This document shows, piece after piece, positions 59,548 through 63,845 of a stretch of 63,845 nt of DNA. The notes below the pieces were generated by a model. That model was not told the origin of the DNA, did no database searches, and worked only from the letters and a program-made list of their open reading frames with translations. The stretch is taken from contig CAJAUT010000019.1 in assembly GCA_903945195.1 (NCBI GenBank), forward strand, positions 1-63,845, read 5' to 3'. This DNA comes from an uncultured bacterium (GTDB taxonomy: Bacteria; Patescibacteriota; Microgenomatia; UBA1400; UBA12108). Position 1 is the first letter of the stretch. The number at the start of each line of letters is the position of its first letter. The position numbers and the translations under genes are program-made.

Positions 59548-61215
59548 CAGAGTAGAAATTACAGGGGTTACGACACCTGTTTTTTCGTATATATCAATAC
59601 TTTTTTCAGGTTCTAGCGGATCTATAGTGTAAGCACGAATGTCGGCATTAGCTTTTCTTATAAACAAGTGCAAAATATCTTGATCCATCAATACTTTCCT
59701 ATCTAAGAGTTTTAGGTTCTGGCCTAAATTGCGGAATACTGTAGTCCTAGTCTCAAAGTCACCAGTATTAAAATCAGTCGCCGCCTTCACAGCAAAGTTA
59801 AATTTCTCCTCTGTATCACCCATAAAGTTCGCTACTCTTTGAGTTAGATCTGCTAATTTCTCTACAGCTTGCTTCTTGTTCTCCTCTAGCTCCCCTTTCC
59901 GTTTCATATATGCCTCAGTACTAATGATTTTACGATCCTTGTTCTCTGGTTGAGTATATTGCACCAACAAGCCGTCTAATTCTCTCTGAGTGCCACTAAC
60001 TACTTTTTGCAAGTTATCTAGAGCTTGAGCATTTACCGCTATCTGACCCTCTGTATTCGTCTTGAGTTGTTTGAGGACCCAATCACAGACTTTGGGTTTA
60101 ATCTCTAGCGACATCAAGTAATCATGAATTTGCGCCTCCAATGCCTCAATCCTAATCGTTTTCTGGGTACATTCATGATTCTTTTTCTTGGTACACGCCC
60201 CATAAATGTAATGTAGTCGTGTGGGGTCATCCATCTTATCTATTGCTAGTTCACACTTAGGACAAGTAGTTCTATTTCTTGAGGCAAACTTATATTTACA
60301 TCCACTACAGATCACTTGGTATTTCTCCTCTAGACAGATAGCGCTACCGCACTCTCCACACTGCATAAGCCCTCTGTACGGCAATGACACCGTTTTAGGC
60401 CGACTCTTACCCTTGTAGCCTAGTATCATCTGTATCTGATCGTATTCTCTATCTGTAATCATCGCTTCATGCCTACCCCTTACTCTCTGACCATCTGCTG
60501 TATAGATCCATCCCGCATAAAATTCGTTATGTAGGACCTTATAAAAATTACTTATGCCCATTGGCTTACCACCAATCCTTCTTGTCTTTGGCGTACGAAA
60601 TCCCCACTCCTCATTCAGTATCTCTAGAACTTTAGGAGGTGATTTGTAATTAATCACCATCTGTAATGCCCGTTTTATCAGATCAAATCGCTCAGGATCA
60701 TTAGCTAGAATGGGCTCACCAGTGGCAGGATCTTCTACAAACATATATCCTGAGTACTTCTTGATTGACCAACCTCGTAGTACCTTCTCCCTGTTTCCCC
60801 GCTTCACCGATTCGCTATTATCATCAGATGATTTTTTGCTCATAGCAAACTCAAGAGCCAGCATAAACTTACTATTGCCTGAGCCATCGGTGTACCCTGT
60901 AGGGGTCCTAATCCCCTTTATCACCCCAGAATCAAGCATGTAGATAATCATTCCCCCATCTAGGGAATTACGAGCTATACGGTTATATTGCCAAACCAAG
61001 ATTGCGTCAGCTTCCCCATCCTGCAATCTCTCCACCATCTTATTAAATTCTGGTCTCCCTACCTTGTAGGCACTCGCCGACTCTGTAAACCTATCTACTA
61101 TCTCCAGTCGTTCTTTTTGTGCGTATTCGTCCAACGCCCTCTTCTGAGCAGGCAAGGATAGCAACTGCCGATCCTCACTCTCCGTACTCTTGCGACAATA
61201 GATAAAATATTTCAT
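59488..61215 (-). CDS. Large serine recombinase (integrase)
   Basis: YCRKSTE catalytic Ser, RIARN, recombinase domain, zinc ribbon and coiled coil. Confidence 0.93.
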   Translation of the reverse strand: MKYFIYCRKSTESEDRQLLSLPAQKRALDEYAQKERLEIVDRFTESASAYKVGRPEFNKMVERLQDGEADAILVWQYNRIARNSLDGGMIIYMLDSGVIKGIRTPTGYTDGSGNSKFMLALEFAMSKKSSDDNSESVKRGNREKVLRGWSIKKYSGYMFVEDPATGEPILANDPERFDLIKRALQMVINYKSPPKVLEILNEEWGFRTPKTRRIGGKPMGISNFYKVLHNEFYAGWIYTADGQRVRGRHEAMITDREYDQIQMILGYKGKSRPKTVSLPYRGLMQCGECGSAICLEEKYQVICSGCKYKFASRNRTTCPKCELAIDKMDDPTRLHYIYGACTKKKNHECTQKTIRIEALEAQIHDYLMSLEIKPKVCDWVLKQLKTNTEGQIAVNAQALDNLQKVVSGTQRELDGLLVQYTQPENKDRKIISTEAYMKRKGELEENKKQAVEKLADLTQRVANFMGDTEEKFNFAVKAATDFNTGDFETRTTVFRNLGQNLKLLDRKVLMDQDILHLFIRKANADIRAYTIDPLEPEKSIDIYEKTGVVTPVISTLQARKGSNLRYFFWREESYR

Positions 61216-61230
61216 ATAATTACCTACATT

Positions 61231-61920
61231 TTACACATATATACCTCTTAAAAATATATCGTCTACCTCCTGACTTGTCATATTATCCATAGTTCTAGGA
61301 ATTATTGGGTTATCAAATTTCTGATTCTGATCTATCCACATCATATCTTCTGGCAATAAACCAGAATAACCATCATTCGTATATATCTCCTTATAATCAT
61401 ATAAGCTCCTTACTGTCTTCATATTCTTTATACCTAAATCATCCTTAAAAGAACTTAAAGCTTTAGTAGAGACTTCCCAGATCTGAGACGTAGATATTTT
61501 CGGAATATTTTCCTGTATTGCTCTGGTAATTATCATCTCACTATCGGAAAAACAAATATTCTCTAGTAATTTTTCTATCGTAATATTTCGTTCAGATAGC
61601 TCACACTGAGGCGCTTTGCCAAATACATATCTTTCGGGATTTTTCACTGCGTAAAGTTTTCTCTTCTTATCAGACAACTTCACAAATCTCTTACTCAACA
61701 AACATGTAAACCAATCATTTATACTCTCAGGTTTTTTATGAAATACACACTCTAATTCATCTGGGAAAAACTCAAATAAACCAAAGTTATCATGCCTATG
61801 ATCCCAATCCATAGTATCTAGCAAATACTCGTACAAACTCCACTGCTGCAAACTCAGGATCTTCCCACTTATTAGCAACCACCTATTCTTGTAACTTGGT
61901 CTATATCCATTACGCTTCAT
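61231..61920 (-). CDS. Putative HTH-containing replication initiator-like protein
   Basis: N-terminal winged-helix-like pattern and position next to the integrase; function inferred. Confidence 0.45.
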   Translation of the reverse strand: MKRNGYRPSYKNRWLLISGKILSLQQWSLYEYLLDTMDWDHRHDNFGLFEFFPDELECVFHKKPESINDWFTCLLSKRFVKLSDKKRKLYAVKNPERYVFGKAPQCELSERNITIEKLLENICFSDSEMIITRAIQENIPKISTSQIWEVSTKALSSFKDDLGIKNMKTVRSLYDYKEIYTNDGYSGLLPEDMMWIDQNQKFDNPIIPRTMDNMTSQEVDDIFLRGIYV

Positions 61921-62071
61921 ATTGACCTTTAGGGTGATCCCTATTAAATATTGCGGTAGCGATATTCACCAGACTCTCACCTATTCGTCTTACTTCATCC
62001 AAACTCAACTCAACCTGATATTCCGAGGCAATAATCTTTTTTAACTCTAAAATTTCAGAGTCTGGGATCAT
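61910..62071 (-). CDS. 53-aa small protein in the integrase operon (not in the ORF track)
   Basis: AAGGAG RBS; MIPDSEILELKKIIASEYQVELSLDEVRRIGESLV...; overlaps both neighbours. Confidence 0.6.
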   Translation of the reverse strand: MIPDSEILELKKIIASEYQVELSLDEVRRIGESLVNIATAIFNRDHPKGQYEA

Positions 62072-62270
62072 CTGTCTCCTTTTCAGTCATACTTAAAACA
62101 TTACCGCCCAACACAAACTCCAAACCCTCTTCTACAAGGCTCTTAATGGACCTTTCCTGCTTCACCGCCTCTAACTTCGCATAGTAGAGCCACCCCGCAT
62201 CTATACGTACCAACTTTGTGCTATTGCTGTTTACTTGTTTATTCGCTGTGACTAACTTATTCATATACAA
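62055..62270 (-). CDS. Ribbon-helix-helix-like small DNA-binding protein
   Basis: TKLVRID...AKLEAVKQERSIKSLVEEGL. Confidence 0.55.
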   Translation of the reverse strand: MYMNKLVTANKQVNSNSTKLVRIDAGWLYYAKLEAVKQERSIKSLVEEGLEFVLGGNVLSMTEKETDDPRL

Positions 62271-62336
62271 AAAATCTCCTGATTAGGGTGACTATCTAAT
62301 CAAGAGATTACTGGTAGTCACCCATTTTTAGACAAC

Positions 62337-62368
62337 AAAAAAAGCCGCGACCTAAACTGGTCTCGGCT
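62337..62368 (-). terminator. Intrinsic terminator
   Basis: Minus strand AGCCGAGACC-loop-GGTCGCGGC followed by a T run. Confidence 0.65.
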
Positions 62369-62446
62369 ATATTGCTCGTTATTAAGATAATAATATCACA
62401 AATCTAAGAATAAATCCATTAATGAATTAATATTGATATATCAATC

Positions 62447-63118
62447 TTAAGGATAAATATACATGCTATTGCCTATATTGCTTGCACTTGAGCCGTCACT
62501 ACCAAAAGTAGTGTTGCCGATATGAGTATAGATTGTCCCATCATTGGCAAATGTCGTATTGCCAATATTTGTGTAAGTTGAGCCATCATTACCAAATATC
62601 GTACTTCCAACTTGGGTATAGGTAGATCCATCGCTTCCAAAAGTGGTATTCCCTATTTTTGTAAAAGTATCGCCATCATTTCCATACAAAGTGGATCCAA
62701 CTTTAGTATAAGAACTACTTCCACCATAAACATCAATAACTGGTTCTTGACTCGCAACAGGGATACGAGTGATTATTTCGCTATTTACATCAGACTCATC
62801 TACTTCTAATTGATCTGATTTCAAATTGAAGCAACTATCTGGATTCATTACAAAAAACGCATCTATATCATCATCAGTGTAATCATATTTTTTCATTAAA
62901 TTAGTCAATTCTTGTTTATTAAATTGACAATGCTTAGCATCTAAGGACAAAGCTTTTGGTGAAGGGTTCATGGTTGGAATGATAGTTGGAGATGGACTTA
63001 CAACCACAATTGATTCTACTGGTGGAGAAGGGATTTGGATTGGAGTTTTTACGGTCATTACCAATGAACTAAATGAAATAATTATACTGGCTATCAACGC
63101 TCGCAAATAATTAATCAT
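62447..63118 (-). CDS. Secreted protein with 15-aa tandem repeats
   Basis: N-terminal hydrophobic segment; repeats like TKIGNTTFGSDGSTY. Confidence 0.7.
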   Translation of the reverse strand: MINYLRALIASIIISFSSLVMTVKTPIQIPSPPVESIVVVSPSPTIIPTMNPSPKALSLDAKHCQFNKQELTNLMKKYDYTDDDIDAFFVMNPDSCFNLKSDQLEVDESDVNSEIITRIPVASQEPVIDVYGGSSSYTKVGSTLYGNDGDTFTKIGNTTFGSDGSTYTQVGSTIFGNDGSTYTNIGNTTFANDGTIYTHIGNTTFGSDGSSASNIGNSMYIYP

Positions 63119-63136
63119 AATTTGACTTAAATATTG

Positions 63137-63343
63137 CTATTTCCAGACTCCAATCAACACATTTCTTATCCACGTCATCACGATAATCGCCAGTACATAT
63201 CCCCAGATCACGTCTGAACTAGTAAACATCACAATTATTGTAATAACAGTTGCAAATAGCCAAATAGTATAAATAACCTTCTGCCAAACATTAGACATTT
63301 CAGGTTGACTAAAAAAATTTGATACTAACGCAAAAATATTCAT
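63137..63343 (-). CDS. Small two-TM protein
   Basis: 68 aa, hydrophobic. Confidence 0.5.
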   Translation of the reverse strand: MNIFALVSNFFSQPEMSNVWQKVIYTIWLFATVITIIVMFTSSDVIWGYVLAIIVMTWIRNVLIGVWK

Positions 63344-63443
63344 AAATTATCTCATAGCAAACTAACGTATATTTTAGCAATAATTCATAAATGCTACAAG
63401 GAGAAGCTGGTCTAGTAGTCCCATTTAGCCTAATTTTAGGCTA

Positions 63444-63665
63444 ATGAAAACTATTACAAACACTCATAAGAAACTTGGTATAAGAATTAAAGAGTTACGC
63501 AAGCAACTTGGAATGACTCAAGAAGATCTAGCCTTCCAGGTAGGTGTAGACCGAAGTTATATGGGATTTGTAGAACGCGGAGAAAAGAACCCTACCCTTT
63601 CCAAGTTAACGAAAATCGCAAAGTCTCTCAAAGTATCGCTATCTGACTTCTTTCAAAGTATATAG
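63444..63665 (+). CDS. XRE-family HTH regulator (C-protein-like)
   Basis: IKELRK..GMTQEDLA...DRSYMGFVERGEKNPTL. Confidence 0.9.
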   Translation: MKTITNTHKKLGIRIKELRKQLGMTQEDLAFQVGVDRSYMGFVERGEKNPTLSKLTKIAKSLKVSLSDFFQSI

Positions 63666-63699
63666 ACCTTGAATATTCACTAGCCACCTTAGCTTCAAT

Positions 63700-63843
63700 T
63701 TAAATAATTAGTTTTTTGAATTTTCTTGGGACCAATGGGCTTAATTTAACTGCTTCACGAAGTTGATCTAGCAACGAAGCACTAACTACTTCTACCATAG
63801 GAACGTCATGATCACAAAGTTTTTGTCTTAATACTTCAAATGA
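63700..63843 (-). CDS. 3' end of a hypothetical protein (partial)
   Basis: Open frame from the window edge: ...LREAVKLSPLVPRKFKKLII*. Confidence 0.45.
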   Translation of the reverse strand, partial: SFEVLRQKLCDHDVPMVEVVSASLLDQLREAVKLSPLVPRKFKKLII

Positions 63844-63845
63844 AA

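Larger units (their letters stand above)
59548..63845. mobile_element. Integrated element (prophage/IME-like) at tRNA-Trp, running off the window
   Basis: Integrase abuts and overlaps the tRNA 3' end; followed by replication-like, RHH-like and XRE genes plus AT-rich cargo. Confidence 0.75.

Overview
This is a chromosomal segment of a reduced-genome bacterium. Gene content and style suggest Patescibacteria/CPR, probably Microgenomates (inferred, not searched). Most of it is housekeeping: zwf/gnd, cysS, recR-ybaB-dnaX, ybeY-yqeY-rpsU, rseP, tsf-rpsB, folD-folA-thyA-glyA, tmk, nrdJ, topA-pth-dprA, efp-epmA, mreB, def/fmt and rpmB. It also holds a surface-glycan/sortase locus (23.6-30.8 kb) and, from tRNA-Trp (59477-59547) to the window end, an integrated element with a large serine recombinase. 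The most unusual feature is at 25060-26403: a promoter-driven, densely structured ~370-nt leader with a boxA-like motif whose 3' part pairs over ~1 kb with the trailer, so a lipoprotein ORF is looped out of an RNA scaffold like rRNA in a processing stalk. Other notable features are two families of dispersed structured intergenic motifs (one with covariation), many REP-like palindromes inserted in-frame in essential genes, a classical leader-peptide attenuator ahead of unknown small genes, a recombinase whose C-terminus is encoded antisense to the tRNA, and pervasive TANNNT-N6-ATG (leaderless-type) gene starts. All calls come from reading motifs by eye; no database searches or folding programs were run.
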